A DNA stretch of 64,000 bases from an uncultured delta proteobacterium (lineage in GTDB: Bacteria; Desulfobacterota; Binatia; Binatales; Binataceae): positions 320,001 through 384,000 of the forward strand of contig CAWJET010000001.1 of NCBI GenBank assembly GCA_963842085.1, in the 5' to 3' direction. The position numbers and the translations under genes are program-made. Below, one piece after another: positions 1 to 10,375 of this stretch; within the stretch, counting starts at the first letter, position 1, and every line of letters starts with the position of its first letter. The notes beneath the pieces are model-generated. The model had not been told where the DNA came from and did no database searches. It saw only the letters and a program-made list of their open reading frames with translations.

Positions 1-202
1 CCTGCGCGTCGTAATGCGTGTGAATGTCCACGAAGCCCGGCGCGACGACCCGCCCCTTGGCCTCGATCGTTGCCGCTGCCTTGCCCTTCGCCTCGCCGAC
101 CGCCGCGATCTTGCCGTCCTTGATCGCCACGTCGCCGACACGTCCGGGCTCACCGGTACCGTCGTAAATCGTGCCGCCTGTGATCTTCAGATCGTAGTCC
201 AT
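1..202 (-). CDS. N-acyl-D-amino-acid deacylase-like amidohydrolase (N-terminal part, runs off window)
   Basis: Not in ORF track. Manual translation from ATG at 202: MDYDLKITGGTIYDGTGEPGRVGDVAIKDGKIAAVG...VVAPGFVDIHTHYDAQ, with the PGFxDxHxH metal motif. Confidence 0.85.
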   Translation of the reverse strand, partial: MDYDLKITGGTIYDGTGEPGRVGDVAIKDGKIAAVGEAKGKAAATIEAKGRVVAPGFVDIHTHYDAQ

Positions 203-376
203 CGCGAGTTCCCTCGATGCTACCTATATCGCGCGCGCTCCGCCGCGGTCCAGACCGATCGGTATGGAAGACGCGGCATTGTAAACCCTACCATGCTTTA
301 GTAAATAGAAATTTCAGCACAACGAAGATTCCCGGTCGGGAGTTCGCGCCGCCGCGAAACCAATCGAGGGCACACG

Positions 377-1474
377 ATGCAGAAGCCAATCATCTCCGCC
401 GACTCTCACATAACCGAGCCGCCCAACACCTACATCGATCGAATCGATCACAAGTATAAGGATACTGCTCCGCACATGGTTCACGACGAGAAGCTCGGCG
501 ATGTCTTTATCGTCAAGGACTTTCCGCGTCCCATAAACGTCGCGCTCGCCGCCGCCGCGGGCAAGGACGCAAGCGAGCTAAGAACTACAGGCGCGAAGTT
601 CGACGAGATGCACCGGGGCGGATGGGACCCCAACGCGCGCATGGCCGACCAGGATCGCGACGGCGTCGCCGCCGAAGTCATCTATCCGACCGTCGGCATG
701 ATCCTCTGCAACCATCGCGACTTCGACTACAAGAAGGCCTGCTTCGATGCCTATAACCTATGGATAGGCGAGTACTGCGCCGCCCATCCCGACAGGTTGA
801 TAGGCACCGGGCAGACCGCGATGCGCTCGGTCGAGGAAGGAATCGCGGATCTGCGCAAGATGAAGGAACTCGGGCTCGAGGGCGTAATGATGCCCGGTAA
901 CCCCGCGCTCGAGGACTACGACAGCAAGCTCTACGATCCCTTCTTCGAGGCGGCGATCGATCTCGAGATGCCGCTCAGCTTCCACATCCTGACCAGCAGC
1001 AGCGACAACTTCCAGACCCGCGGCCCCAAGCTCAACAGCTTCCTGTCGATCATCCGCGGATGCCAGGACATCATCGGCACTTTCGTTCTGGGCGGAGTCT
1101 TTGAGCGCCATCCGAAGTTGAAAGTAGTCTGCGTCGAGGCCGACGCCGGATGGGTGCCTCACTACATGTACCGGATGGATCATGCATACGATCGCCACCG
1201 CTACTGGCTGCCGGCCGGCACGCTAAGCAAGATGCCGAGTGAGTACTTCCGCGAGAACGTGTACACAACTTTCCAGGACGACTACGTGGCCTTCCAGGTC
1301 CGCAATCTTTGCAACATCCATCGCCTGATGTGGGCCAGCGATTTCCCGCATAGCGACTCGACCTGGCCGTGGTCGCAGGAAATTCTAAGCAAGCAGACGG
1401 TCGGGATGACGGCGGACGAGAAGAACCTCGTCCTGCACGACAACGTCGCCGAACTCTACCACCTCAGCATCTAG
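377..1474 (+). CDS. amidohydrolase 2 family protein
   Basis: ISADSH N-terminal metal motif, FHI, WASDFPHSD C-terminal motif. Confidence 0.85.
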   Translation: MQKPIISADSHITEPPNTYIDRIDHKYKDTAPHMVHDEKLGDVFIVKDFPRPINVALAAAAGKDASELRTTGAKFDEMHRGGWDPNARMADQDRDGVAAEVIYPTVGMILCNHRDFDYKKACFDAYNLWIGEYCAAHPDRLIGTGQTAMRSVEEGIADLRKMKELGLEGVMMPGNPALEDYDSKLYDPFFEAAIDLEMPLSFHILTSSSDNFQTRGPKLNSFLSIIRGCQDIIGTFVLGGVFERHPKLKVVCVEADAGWVPHYMYRMDHAYDRHRYWLPAGTLSKMPSEYFRENVYTTFQDDYVAFQVRNLCNIHRLMWASDFPHSDSTWPWSQEILSKQTVGMTADEKNLVLHDNVAELYHLSI

Positions 1475-1489
1475 CGGGCTCGCTCGAGG

Positions 1490-3448
1490 TCACTCCTCGT
1501 CGTCGCGGAGCTTCGCCAGCACCGACAGATCCTCGAGCGTCGTCGTATCGCCAAGCGTCTCGTCGCCCGACGCGATCTGCCGCAGCAGGCGCCGCATGAT
1601 CTTGCCGCTGCGCGTTTTCGGCAGCGCCTCGGTGAAGCGGATGTCGTCGGGGCGCGCCAGCGCGCCGATCTCCTTGACGACATGCGCCCGCAATTCGTCG
1701 CGCAGTTTGTCATCGCCCTTGCGCCCGCCCTCGAGCGTCACGAATGCGACCACGGCCTGCCCTTTCATCTCGTCGGGACGGCCGACGCACGCCGCCTCCG
1801 CCACTGTCACATGCGAGACCAGCGCGCTCTCGATCTCCATCGTGCCCAGCCGATGGCCCGATACGTTGATCACGTCGTCCACGCGCCCCATGATCCAGAG
1901 GTAGCCGTCCTGGTCGCGCCGCGCGCCGTCGCCGGTGAAGTAGGCGCCCTCGATTTGCGAGAAGTAATTGCTCTTGTAGCGTTCGGGGTCGCGGTAGATC
2001 GTCCGCAGCATACCGGGCCACGGCTTGCGTACGATCAGCAGCCCGCCCTGGTTGGCGCCGACGCTCTTGCCCTCGCGCGTCACCACGTCGGCCGCAATTC
2101 CGGGCAGCGGCAACGTCGCTGATCCCGGCTTGGTTGCGATCGCGCCGGGCATCGGGCTGATCATAATTCCGCCCGTTTCAGTCTGCCACCACGTATCGAC
2201 TATTGGGCATCGCTCGCCGCCGATAACTTTGCGGTACCACATCCACGCTTCGGGATTGATCGGTTCGCCGACCGAACCGAGCAATCTCAGGCTCGACAGG
2301 TCATGCTTTTTGACCCACGCGTCGCCCCACTTGATGAACGTGCGTATCGCCGTGGGCGCCGTGTAGAAGATGCTGACGCCGTACTTCGCGACTATTCGCC
2401 AGAAGCGATCGTTCTCGGGAAAGTTCGGCGCGCCTTCGTACATTACAACCGTCGCGCCCGCAGTCAGCGGCCCGTACACGGTGTAGCTGTGTCCCGTGAC
2501 CCATCCGATGTCGGCAGTGCACCAGTAGATGTCGTCGTCCTTCAGGTCGAACACCCAGCGCATCGTCATCAGCACGTGCGTCAGGTATCCGCCCGTCGTA
2601 TGCACGACGCCCTTGGGCTTGCCGGTCGTGCCGCTGGTGTAGAGGGTGTACAGCGGATGCTCGCTGTCGAGCGCGGTGGCCTCGCATTTCGGACTCTGCG
2701 CGGCAACCAGCTCGTCCCACCACACGTCGCGCCCCTTGCGCATCTCGACTTTGTTGCCGACCCGCTTGAGCACGAGCACTTTCCGTATCGACGGACACTT
2801 CTTCAGCGCCTCATCGACATTTTGCTTGAGCTCGACGACCTGCCCGCGCCGCCATCCGCCGTCCGCGGTGATGCAGACCTTCGCTTCCGCGTCGTTGATC
2901 CGATCGGCCAGCGCCTCCGACGAGAAGCCGCCGAACACCACCGAATGAATCGCGCCGATTCGCGCACATGCTAACATCGCGATCGCCGCCTCCGGCACCA
3001 GCGGCATATAGATCGCGACGCGGTCGCCGTCCTTCACGCCGAGGCTCTTGAGCGCGTTGGCGCACCTGCCCACTTCGTTGGCCAGCATCTGGTAGGTCAG
3101 CACGCGCGAGTCGCCCGGCTCGCCCTCAAAGATCAGCGCGGCCTTGTTGCGGCGCGGCCCCTTGAGATGCCGGTCGAGGCAGTTGTACGACGCGTTGATG
3201 GTGCCGCCGACGAACCACTTCGCAAACGGGAAATTCCACTCGAGCGTTTTGCCGAACGGCTTGAACCAATGCAGGTTGCGCGCACATTCGGCCCAGAACG
3301 CGTCGGGGTCTTCGTCAGCGCGCTTGCGCAGCGCGTTATACTCGTCGAGGCTCTTGACCCACGCCTGCCATCCGAACTCGGCGGGCGGCGGAAATTTGCG
3401 GGATTCGGTCAGGGTCGAATCGATATGAGTCGCTTCGCTCGAAGCCAT
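1490..3448 (-). CDS. acs: acetate--CoA ligase
   Basis: [21 protein letters not shown] and [12 protein letters not shown] motifs; 652 aa. Confidence 0.96.
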   Translation of the reverse strand: MASSEATHIDSTLTESRKFPPPAEFGWQAWVKSLDEYNALRKRADEDPDAFWAECARNLHWFKPFGKTLEWNFPFAKWFVGGTINASYNCLDRHLKGPRRNKAALIFEGEPGDSRVLTYQMLANEVGRCANALKSLGVKDGDRVAIYMPLVPEAAIAMLACARIGAIHSVVFGGFSSEALADRINDAEAKVCITADGGWRRGQVVELKQNVDEALKKCPSIRKVLVLKRVGNKVEMRKGRDVWWDELVAAQSPKCEATALDSEHPLYTLYTSGTTGKPKGVVHTTGGYLTHVLMTMRWVFDLKDDDIYWCTADIGWVTGHSYTVYGPLTAGATVVMYEGAPNFPENDRFWRIVAKYGVSIFYTAPTAIRTFIKWGDAWVKKHDLSSLRLLGSVGEPINPEAWMWYRKVIGGERCPIVDTWWQTETGGIMISPMPGAIATKPGSATLPLPGIAADVVTREGKSVGANQGGLLIVRKPWPGMLRTIYRDPERYKSNYFSQIEGAYFTGDGARRDQDGYLWIMGRVDDVINVSGHRLGTMEIESALVSHVTVAEAACVGRPDEMKGQAVVAFVTLEGGRKGDDKLRDELRAHVVKEIGALARPDDIRFTEALPKTRSGKIMRRLLRQIASGDETLGDTTTLEDLSVLAKLRDDEE

Positions 3449-3478
3449 CGCACTGCACCTGTCGATTAAGCTTGATTG

Positions 3479-4939
3479 CTACACGCGACCGCGAGCTTCG
3501 CGCGTTTTCAAGCTGAGGTACAGGGTCGCGGCGTCGCCGTTTTCGCGCCGGTTCGAATTGATCCCGCGCAAACGCTCGAGCAGTTCGTGTTCGACGCTGG
3601 CCGAATGCTCCGCCGCCAGCTCGACGGCACGCGCCGCCCACCTGAGTGCGACGCGCCCCTCCAGCCCGCCGAAATCGTCGAAGAACCACGCGCAACTCGT
3701 CAGCGCCGCCTGCCCCGCACGCACCATCTCGAGCATCCTGAGCAGCGTCTCGCGGTTACCCTCGTTTTCGTCGGCAACACCGAACCGCTTGAAGGTCTCG
3801 TCATGGACGGCGGGATTCGGATCGATCAGCAGACGGATTCCACCGCGCAAAATCGCGCCGGGGTCTTTCACCAGCGCCGGCGCGAAACGATCGTAGGTCG
3901 CCTCGGCGTGGTTCTTCACGAAATCCATCGCAGCGCGTAACGGCGCGCGCCACTCCTGCGACGTGCTCGCATCGCTGCGGCATCCGCAGTTCGAGCGCCA
4001 CCGCTCGACGCCATGCGGACAACTCCACGACGTGGCCGCCGGAATCTCGAACGCCCCCGCCGCCGGATGTGTCGCCAGGTAATCCGCGCAATTCGTGACG
4101 ATCACATCGTCGCGCTGTTCGAGCGCCATCAGCGCCCGCGCCAACTCGGAAGCCCCGTGTTTATTATGATGCCCAAATGTTTCGCCGTCGGTCGCAATCA
4201 TCAGCGCGGCGCCCGGCTCCAGCTTGAGCGCCGTGTCCGCCATCCACTCCGCCAGCCGCGCGCCGTCGGCCAAGCCGTCGCCGAAAGAGACCGCACTGGA
4301 CAATTCGCGATCGAATCGAAAGACCGCCAGGCTCAATTCGCCGCTGCGCCATTGAAACGGTCCGGCACCTCGCAATTCGGCGCCCGGCCCGCGGAACTTT
4401 CCCTGGTCTGACCCGAGAATCACGAACTGGATTCCGGCCGCCGCGACCGACGCAAGCGTGTCGTCATCGGCAGCGCACTCCGGCAGCCACATCCCGGCGG
4501 GTTTGCGCCCGAAGCGGAAAACGAAATCCTCGATCCCCCAGGCGATCTGCAGCTCGCGATCGCGCGGCGGCAGGAGTGGCAAAATCGAATGACTATACGA
4601 TTGCGCGATCGCGTTGCCATGTCCGCCGTGCGCCTCGGCATACAGCGCGTCGCCGCGAGTCATCGCGCGATACGCTGCCTTGCCATGCGTTTGCAGCCAT
4701 CCCGCCAGCGTCGGCCCGACATCGAAGCTGAGGGTCTCATAGTTGTTGCGAACATGAACGACCGGCCCCGACATCGTATGGGCGTGAGCGTTGGCCGTGT
4801 AGCATTCGCTCAAAATCCGCTCGTTCCAGTTCTGAAACGGCGCCGCGCCATGCTCAGGGCTGATCAAGCCAGTCCAGGGGCTCTCGCGCGGAGGCTGATA
4901 AAAGTGCCCGTGAATTATTATGTGCCGAGGTTCGCTCAT
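3479..4939 (-). CDS. glycoside hydrolase family 57 / DUF3536 protein
   Basis: HGHFYQPPRE, GMWLPE, ATDGETFGHH, SWSCPHGVERW, TSCAWFFDD. Start moved to MSEPRH (ATG 4939). Confidence 0.85.
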   Translation of the reverse strand: MSEPRHIIIHGHFYQPPRESPWTGLISPEHGAAPFQNWNERILSECYTANAHAHTMSGPVVHVRNNYETLSFDVGPTLAGWLQTHGKAAYRAMTRGDALYAEAHGGHGNAIAQSYSHSILPLLPPRDRELQIAWGIEDFVFRFGRKPAGMWLPECAADDDTLASVAAAGIQFVILGSDQGKFRGPGAELRGAGPFQWRSGELSLAVFRFDRELSSAVSFGDGLADGARLAEWMADTALKLEPGAALMIATDGETFGHHNKHGASELARALMALEQRDDVIVTNCADYLATHPAAGAFEIPAATSWSCPHGVERWRSNCGCRSDASTSQEWRAPLRAAMDFVKNHAEATYDRFAPALVKDPGAILRGGIRLLIDPNPAVHDETFKRFGVADENEGNRETLLRMLEMVRAGQAALTSCAWFFDDFGGLEGRVALRWAARAVELAAEHSASVEHELLERLRGINSNRRENGDAATLYLSLKTREARGRV

Positions 4940-5147
4940 TACGACAATGTTGCGCCTCCAAGCCGAGCAGCGAAAGCCCAACTGACCAACGAGCAGTAGA
5001 GCTAATTTGTCTTCTTTGCCGGATTCGGTCCAGCTAATCAAGCGGAAATGGAAGTTCGAGCGCTAACTATCCACAATAATTCAACAATTCCATCAACAAG
5101 GAACCACCCGCATAAAGCGAAGGCCCCAAATCATTCTTGTTAATACT

Positions 5148-5204
5148 GGGTGCAGGGATGACCCCTGCCCAAGGAAGTGTGAAACCCACGGCGGGTTTCA
5201 CATT
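5148..5204. repeat. two adjacent intergenic hairpins
   Basis: GGGTGCAGGG..CCCCTGCCC, then perfect IR TGTGAAACCC-acggc-GGGTTTCACA (5178-5202). Confidence 0.5.
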
Positions 5205-5235
5205 CAATCAAGTGATCTACCCTTCCCTATACGCG

Positions 5236-5655
5236 CTATGCGCAGGCGGCGCGGAAGCTGCCGCGGATTGCGGGCTCGCCTTTTTGATTCAGCACGATCA
5301 GGTCGCCCTCGATCTGCTTCTCGCCGTCTTTCTCGAGCTTGTTGGTGACCTTGCCGGTGCACGTGACGACGTCGCCCGGCCATACGCGCGTGGCAAAGCG
5401 CACCTGGAAACGGCGGACGTTGCCGATTCCGACGTAATCGGTGACGGCCTTCGAGAGCAGGCCCGCGGTAAACATCCCCTGCGCGAACACGGTCGGGATT
5501 CCGGCCGCCTCGACAAAGGTCTGGTCGTAATGCAGCGGCACGAAGTCGCCCGACGCGCCCGCATAGCGGACGAAATCGGGGCGGGTGACGCCTTTGATCT
5601 CGATTTTAGGAATTTCGTCGCCGACTTTTACTGAATCGAATTTCAACTTTGCCAT
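5236..5655 (-). CDS. MaoC-family dehydratase subunit
   Basis: YAGASGDFVPLH hot-dog hydratase motif, then VWPGD. Confidence 0.85.
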   Translation of the reverse strand: MAKLKFDSVKVGDEIPKIEIKGVTRPDFVRYAGASGDFVPLHYDQTFVEAAGIPTVFAQGMFTAGLLSKAVTDYVGIGNVRRFQVRFATRVWPGDVVTCTGKVTNKLEKDGEKQIEGDLIVLNQKGEPAIRGSFRAACA

Positions 5656-5674
5656 CTTTTTTCACCGACTGGAG

Positions 5675-6133
5675 TCAGGCTTTGACTGCTTGTCCTGTTT
5701 CGATCAGGGTCGAGCGCGCGAGCGCGACTTTCTCGCCCTTCTGGTTGGTGTACTCGGTCTCCGTGATCAGCAGCGTCATCTTGCCGCCGCGTCCGCCTTC
5801 TTTTTCGAGCACGTCGGCGACCTTGGTGACGCCGGTAAGAGTGTCGCCGACGAAGATCGGCTTGAAGAACTCGAATTCCTGCTCGCCGTGCAGGATACGG
5901 CGCAAGTCGAAGCCGCCGAAGCCGGGACTGGAGGTCTCGTCGGTCCAGAACGCGCTGGTCTGCAGAAACGTGACCGGCACCGGCACTCCGCCGAGCTCCT
6001 TTTTTGCCAGTTCGGGGTCGAAGTAGAGCGGATTGGGGTCTTTGATAGCGCGGGCGAACTCGCGCACCTTGCTCCAATCGACGTGCATCGTGAATGGTTT
6101 GCCGGTTTTCCCGACCGCGCTCCTGTCAGCCAT
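5675..6133 (-). CDS. MaoC N-terminal-type dehydratase partner subunit
   Basis: FARAIKDPNPLYFD and LHGEQEFEFFKPIFVGD; typical tandem MaoC pair. Confidence 0.85.
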   Translation of the reverse strand: MADRSAVGKTGKPFTMHVDWSKVREFARAIKDPNPLYFDPELAKKELGGVPVPVTFLQTSAFWTDETSSPGFGGFDLRRILHGEQEFEFFKPIFVGDTLTGVTKVADVLEKEGGRGGKMTLLITETEYTNQKGEKVALARSTLIETGQAVKA

Positions 6134-6197
6134 GATGAATCAACCTCTCTCGATGTGATCGAGGAATTATTTACTGTTGCTCGACGAGTTTGTCCAC

Positions 6198-6974
6198 TTA
6201 CCCGGCGACGCGCATGCCTTCGCCGCCATCTACTATTAGCAGCGCGCCGTTGACGTAGCTCGACGCGTCGGATGCGAGGAAGATGCACGGATAGGCGATT
6301 TCCTCGACGCGGCCGAAGCGCTGCAGCGCACGCGAGCGCGCGACCATCTCCTTGACCTTTGGATTCGGCCATACGCGCGGCGCCGCGCCTTCGGTGTCGA
6401 TCGGGCCGGGCGCTATACAGTTGACGCGGATGCCCGCGGGGCCCCATTCGCCGGCGTGCGAAACGGTCAGGTTGATCACGCCCGCCTTGGCCGCGCCGTA
6501 CGGAAGCATCGTCGGCGAGCCATGCACGCCCGCCGTTGACGAGATATTGACGATCGAGCCGGGACTCTTCTGCTCCATGAACTGGCGGGCCGCCGCCTTC
6601 GAGCAGAAGAACACGCCGTCGAGATTGATCCCGACCACCGCGCGCCATCCGTTGGGCGAGAGGTTCAACGACGGCGTCGTAATACTGGCGCCGTGATTGT
6701 TGATCAGCACGTCGAGACGGCCGAAATGCCTGACCGCCTCGGCCACCATCTTGTCGCATTGCTCAGCGTCGCGGACGTCAACCGGAGTCATCTCGCATTT
6801 GCCGCCGGCCTTGCGGATTTCGTCGCGCACGCGCTCGAGGTTCTCGACTTTACGGCTCGCGATCAGCACCGGGGCGCCTCGGAGCGCGAACTCCTTGGCG
6901 ATCGACTCGCCGATCCCGGTCCCGCCGCCGGTCACAATCGTAACCTTGCCTTCGACGCTGAATGGATTCTTCAA
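6198..6974 (-). CDS. SDR family oxidoreductase
   Basis: TGGGTGIG, YGAAK, VNCIAPG. Confidence 0.9.
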   Translation of the reverse strand: MKNPFSVEGKVTIVTGGGTGIGESIAKEFALRGAPVLIASRKVENLERVRDEIRKAGGKCEMTPVDVRDAEQCDKMVAEAVRHFGRLDVLINNHGASITTPSLNLSPNGWRAVVGINLDGVFFCSKAAARQFMEQKSPGSIVNISSTAGVHGSPTMLPYGAAKAGVINLTVSHAGEWGPAGIRVNCIAPGPIDTEGAAPRVWPNPKVKEMVARSRALQRFGRVEEIAYPCIFLASDASSYVNGALLIVDGGEGMRVAG

Positions 6975-7115
6975 AATGGAAACTTTCCTCCAGAGGGGGC
7001 TCGCTGAGATTTATCGCACTGTTGCGGCGCGTTGGCGAGAGGCGGCGTGGGCGCCACGGATGCCGCAGAACCCTCGCCTGAACTTTACCGTGAAGTAACG
7101 GGCAAGGGATCAGAA

Positions 7116-7724
7116 TCAGAACGCCGGGCTGACGACGGGGGTCCGGCGGCGGCGTCCCTGGCTCAGATGCTTGGTGCGCGGCGTAATCTTGAGCCGCAGA
7201 TGAGGCGTCGCGGCGCGCGACTGGAGGTTGCGCCGCAGCTCGTGCTTCCACGCCAGCATCCGGCGCCGCAGCATGCCGGGGTCGATCCCCAGCGCGTCGC
7301 ACACGGTATCGAAGCTGAATGCGTGACGGCTCTTCGCGCCAGCCGTGATCCATCGCTCGGCATCGACAAACAGCAGGCGCTTGCGCGTATTTCGCGACAG
7401 GACACCCTGTTGATAGACGTTGAGCGCGTCCGCCAGCAGCGCGAGCATCAGGCGCTGCTCGCCGGTCAGGCGATGGCCGCCCGAGACGTCGAAGTACTGG
7501 CAGGGAAGAACCTGGTTCAGGCCGACGACGCGTTCGACCGCGGTATCGGAACTCAGTTGCAAGCCTTCAGACATTTGCCAAATCTGCCGGGGGGTCAGCA
7601 CCCTCGGAAGCGCATCGGCCTGGCTCCCGCCAGAGCTCCCATGGACCGCGATGAGATTTTCCCCGTCGGTCTTGTCAACCGCCCATGCGGGCGATTGGTT
7701 CCCTTTGCGGAGTTTCCTTGTCAT
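7116..7724 (-). CDS. conserved hypothetical protein (GExRLMLAxLxDA...FSFxxVCxxLG family)
   Basis: Core GEQRLMLALLADA...DAERWI...FSFDTVCDALGIDP resembles a paralogous family recalled from Binatota; start uncertain. Confidence 0.7.
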   Translation of the reverse strand: MTRKLRKGNQSPAWAVDKTDGENLIAVHGSSGGSQADALPRVLTPRQIWQMSEGLQLSSDTAVERVVGLNQVLPCQYFDVSGGHRLTGEQRLMLALLADALNVYQQGVLSRNTRKRLLFVDAERWITAGAKSRHAFSFDTVCDALGIDPGMLRRRMLAWKHELRRNLQSRAATPHLRLKITPRTKHLSQGRRRRTPVVSPAF

Positions 7725-7836
7725 GCCGTCGGCCCGGCAGGCGGCGACGCGCCGGTCACCTATAGGTACGGACGAGGCAAGTACGCGGATTATTCCGGGG
7801 CCCGGATTTACGCAGGGTCTTCGGGCAGTTCGGGCT

Positions 7837-8853
7837 TCAGGTGGAGAGCTGATGGACCAGCTCGATGAGTGACGGGTCCAGCGGGCGGCGCCGATTCGCG
7901 ACCTCCGCTAGCGGGACGCAAACGATTGCGCCCCGCTCTTCGGCAATCAGCGAAGGACCGACGCCGTCGAGGATGGCTCTGACGGCGCCCGCGCCCATCC
8001 GGCTCGCGAGCAGCCGGTCCCTGGCCGTGGGCGCTCCGCCGCGCTGCACGTGGCCAAGCACGACCACGCGCGCCGGCATGCCGAGCCGGGCGGTCAGGGC
8101 CTCGGCGACCGGGATGACGCCTCCGGTGCGCGGACCCTCCGAGACCACGACGATGCTCGAGCGTTTGCCACGGCGATGGCTGTCCTCGACGCGATCGCAG
8201 ATGTCGTCGAGGCGGAACGGAATTTCCGGGACGATGACCGCCTCGGCGCCGCCGCCGAGAGCGACCGCGATCGCAATGAAGCCCGAGTCGCGGCCCATCA
8301 CCTCGACGCAGAAGACGCGTTCGTAGGCGAATGCGGTGTCGCGGATGCGGTCGATCGCTTCGAGCGCGGTGTTGACCGCGGTATCGAAGCCGATCGAGTT
8401 GTCGGTGCCCGGTATGTCGTTATCGATCGAGGCGGGGATAACGAAGACCGGAACGCCGGTCTCGGCCCCGAACAGCGTCGCGCCAACCATCGAGCCCTCG
8501 CCGCCGACGACGATCAACGCTTCGATCTGGTGACGTTTCAGGTTGCGGGCCGCCAGGCCGCGGGCCGCCGGCGTGCGGAACTCCGGCGAGCGCGAGGTCT
8601 CCAGGAAGGTGCCGCCGCGCTGGATCATGTTGGCGACGGAGCGGCCGCTAAGCGGCTCGGCCAGGTCGCGGATCAGGCCCTCGTAGCCGCGCCTGAAGCC
8701 GATCACTTCCACTCCGGCGACCGCCGCGGTGCGGACGACCGCGCGAATGGCGGCATTCATGCCGGGAGCGTCGCCGCCGGCGGTGAGAATTGCGATGCGG
8801 CGGGGTCGCGCGCTGATCAGCTCGGGAGTTGGATTATTGCCGTCGCCGTCCAT
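7837..8853 (-). CDS. pfkA: ATP-dependent 6-phosphofructokinase
   Basis: TAGGDAPGMNA, SIDND, EVMGR, LGHVQRGG. Confidence 0.92.
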   Translation of the reverse strand: MDGDGNNPTPELISARPRRIAILTAGGDAPGMNAAIRAVVRTAAVAGVEVIGFRRGYEGLIRDLAEPLSGRSVANMIQRGGTFLETSRSPEFRTPAARGLAARNLKRHQIEALIVVGGEGSMVGATLFGAETGVPVFVIPASIDNDIPGTDNSIGFDTAVNTALEAIDRIRDTAFAYERVFCVEVMGRDSGFIAIAVALGGGAEAVIVPEIPFRLDDICDRVEDSHRRGKRSSIVVVSEGPRTGGVIPVAEALTARLGMPARVVVLGHVQRGGAPTARDRLLASRMGAGAVRAILDGVGPSLIAEERGAIVCVPLAEVANRRRPLDPSLIELVHQLST

Positions 8854-8960
8854 GGAGATGAGAACGATTTTTCACTGCGCATCGCCCCCATATTCAAATC
8901 TAACGAGCGGGACGACCAGAACCAACCCGACGCGAGAGTGCGCCGGGCGAGCGGTATTTG

Positions 8961-9503
8961 TCAGGGCATGCGGGTGGCTTGCAGGCGCAGGAGCGCGGCC
9001 TTGGCTTCTTCCTGGGCGTCGGTGACGGTAGGGCCGGGGCTGTCGGCCGCCTTCCTGTAATAGTTGATGGCTTGGACGTCGTTGCCGAGCGCCTCGTAGG
9101 CGCGCGCCACGTTGACCTCGGCCCGGTCATCGGTGGGGCAGGCCGCGAGCGCGTCCTGGTAGTATCCGAGCGCCTTGGAGAAGTCGCCGGCAGCGAAGCG
9201 GTCACCGCCGTGCTGGCTGGCGACCGACTCAATTCCCTTGTCGCATCCGCCTGGAGCGGAGGTTGCGACTCCCGGCCGGTAGGAGGTTTGATTCTGACCC
9301 GCCTTGAGGGCTTCGATCTCCTGCTGCTGCCGCTCGAGCTGGTCCTGCTGCTGCTGCACCAGCTGTTTGGTGGCCTCGATCTGATCGCTCGCGCATCCCG
9401 CACCGATGAGCGCGAGGGCGCCAAGTGCGAGCGCGAGCAGGATCCGTTTTGCCGGGATCGTCGCGGAAAGGGAAATTGGGCCGGAGCCGAAGTTGTGTCG
9501 CAT
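8961..9503 (-). CDS. lipoprotein with coiled coil and TPR
   Basis: Hydrophobic signal and lipobox-like LIGAGC, Gln-rich coil, TPR-like repeats (ALGYYQDAL, AINYYRKA); start uncertain. Confidence 0.7.
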   Translation of the reverse strand: MRHNFGSGPISLSATIPAKRILLALALGALALIGAGCASDQIEATKQLVQQQQDQLERQQQEIEALKAGQNQTSYRPGVATSAPGGCDKGIESVASQHGGDRFAAGDFSKALGYYQDALAACPTDDRAEVNVARAYEALGNDVQAINYYRKAADSPGPTVTDAQEEAKAALLRLQATRMP

Positions 9504-9660
9504 CGCCACCCATACTGGCGAATCGCGAAGCGGAGTCAATGCCGATGTGCGACGCCGATGCACTTGATCATCGGAGACCTTCACGTCTTGGCTCCCGGCG
9601 TAAATCGGCCTACTTTCCGATACGATTGCGGGCGTCCGATGACGTTAGCCGCCCTGGCGA

Positions 9661-10374
9661 ATGGCGCAGAACAGATGGAGAGGTGCGATAGTGATTCCAC
9701 ATAAGAAAATCTTCGTGAGGAGTTTGATGCTGCTGGCGATCGCCGCGACGTCGTTAAGCACGACGCGGGTGGTGTTCGCCAAAGTCGCAGGACCTACCAT
9801 GAGTGCTCAACAGGCGTTGCAGCTTTTGCTCGAGGGTAATCAGCGGTTCGTTGCCGGCAAACTTGAGCATCCCGGCCAGACGCCGGCGCGGCGCACCGAA
9901 GTGGCCAAGGGACAGCATCCGTTTGCGTCGGTGCTGGCATGCTCGGATTCGCGGACTCCGCCCGAAATTATTTTCGACCGCGGACTTGGCGATATCTTCA
10001 CCGTGCGCGTGGCGGGCAACGTCGCGGACAAGGTGGTGATCGAAAGCCTGGACTACTCGGTCAAGCATCTCGGCGTGAGGCTGGTGATGGTACTGGGGCA
10101 TCGCCGATGCGGCGCGGTGATCGCGGCGGTCGAAGGACACGAGGAGGAAGGCGACGTCGGCCCGATGCTGAGCGAACTGCGGCCGGCCGTGGCAGCGTCC
10201 AAGGGCATGGCGGGCGACCCAGTTGAAAATGCGGTGCGCGAGAACGTCGAGCTGGTGATGAAGAATCTTGCCACTTCGGGAGAGCTCGCGGCGATGGTCA
10301 AATCGGGCGAGCTGAAGATCGTCGGCGGCATCTACGATCTCGATACGGGCACGATCGAGATGCTGAAGGACTAG
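9661..10374 (+). CDS. beta-class carbonic anhydrase, probably exported
   Basis: CSDSR and GHRRCGA zinc ligands; N-terminal signal-like segment. Confidence 0.9.
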   Translation: MAQNRWRGAIVIPHKKIFVRSLMLLAIAATSLSTTRVVFAKVAGPTMSAQQALQLLLEGNQRFVAGKLEHPGQTPARRTEVAKGQHPFASVLACSDSRTPPEIIFDRGLGDIFTVRVAGNVADKVVIESLDYSVKHLGVRLVMVLGHRRCGAVIAAVEGHEEEGDVGPMLSELRPAVAASKGMAGDPVENAVRENVELVMKNLATSGELAAMVKSGELKIVGGIYDLDTGTIEMLKD

Positions 10375-10375
10375 C

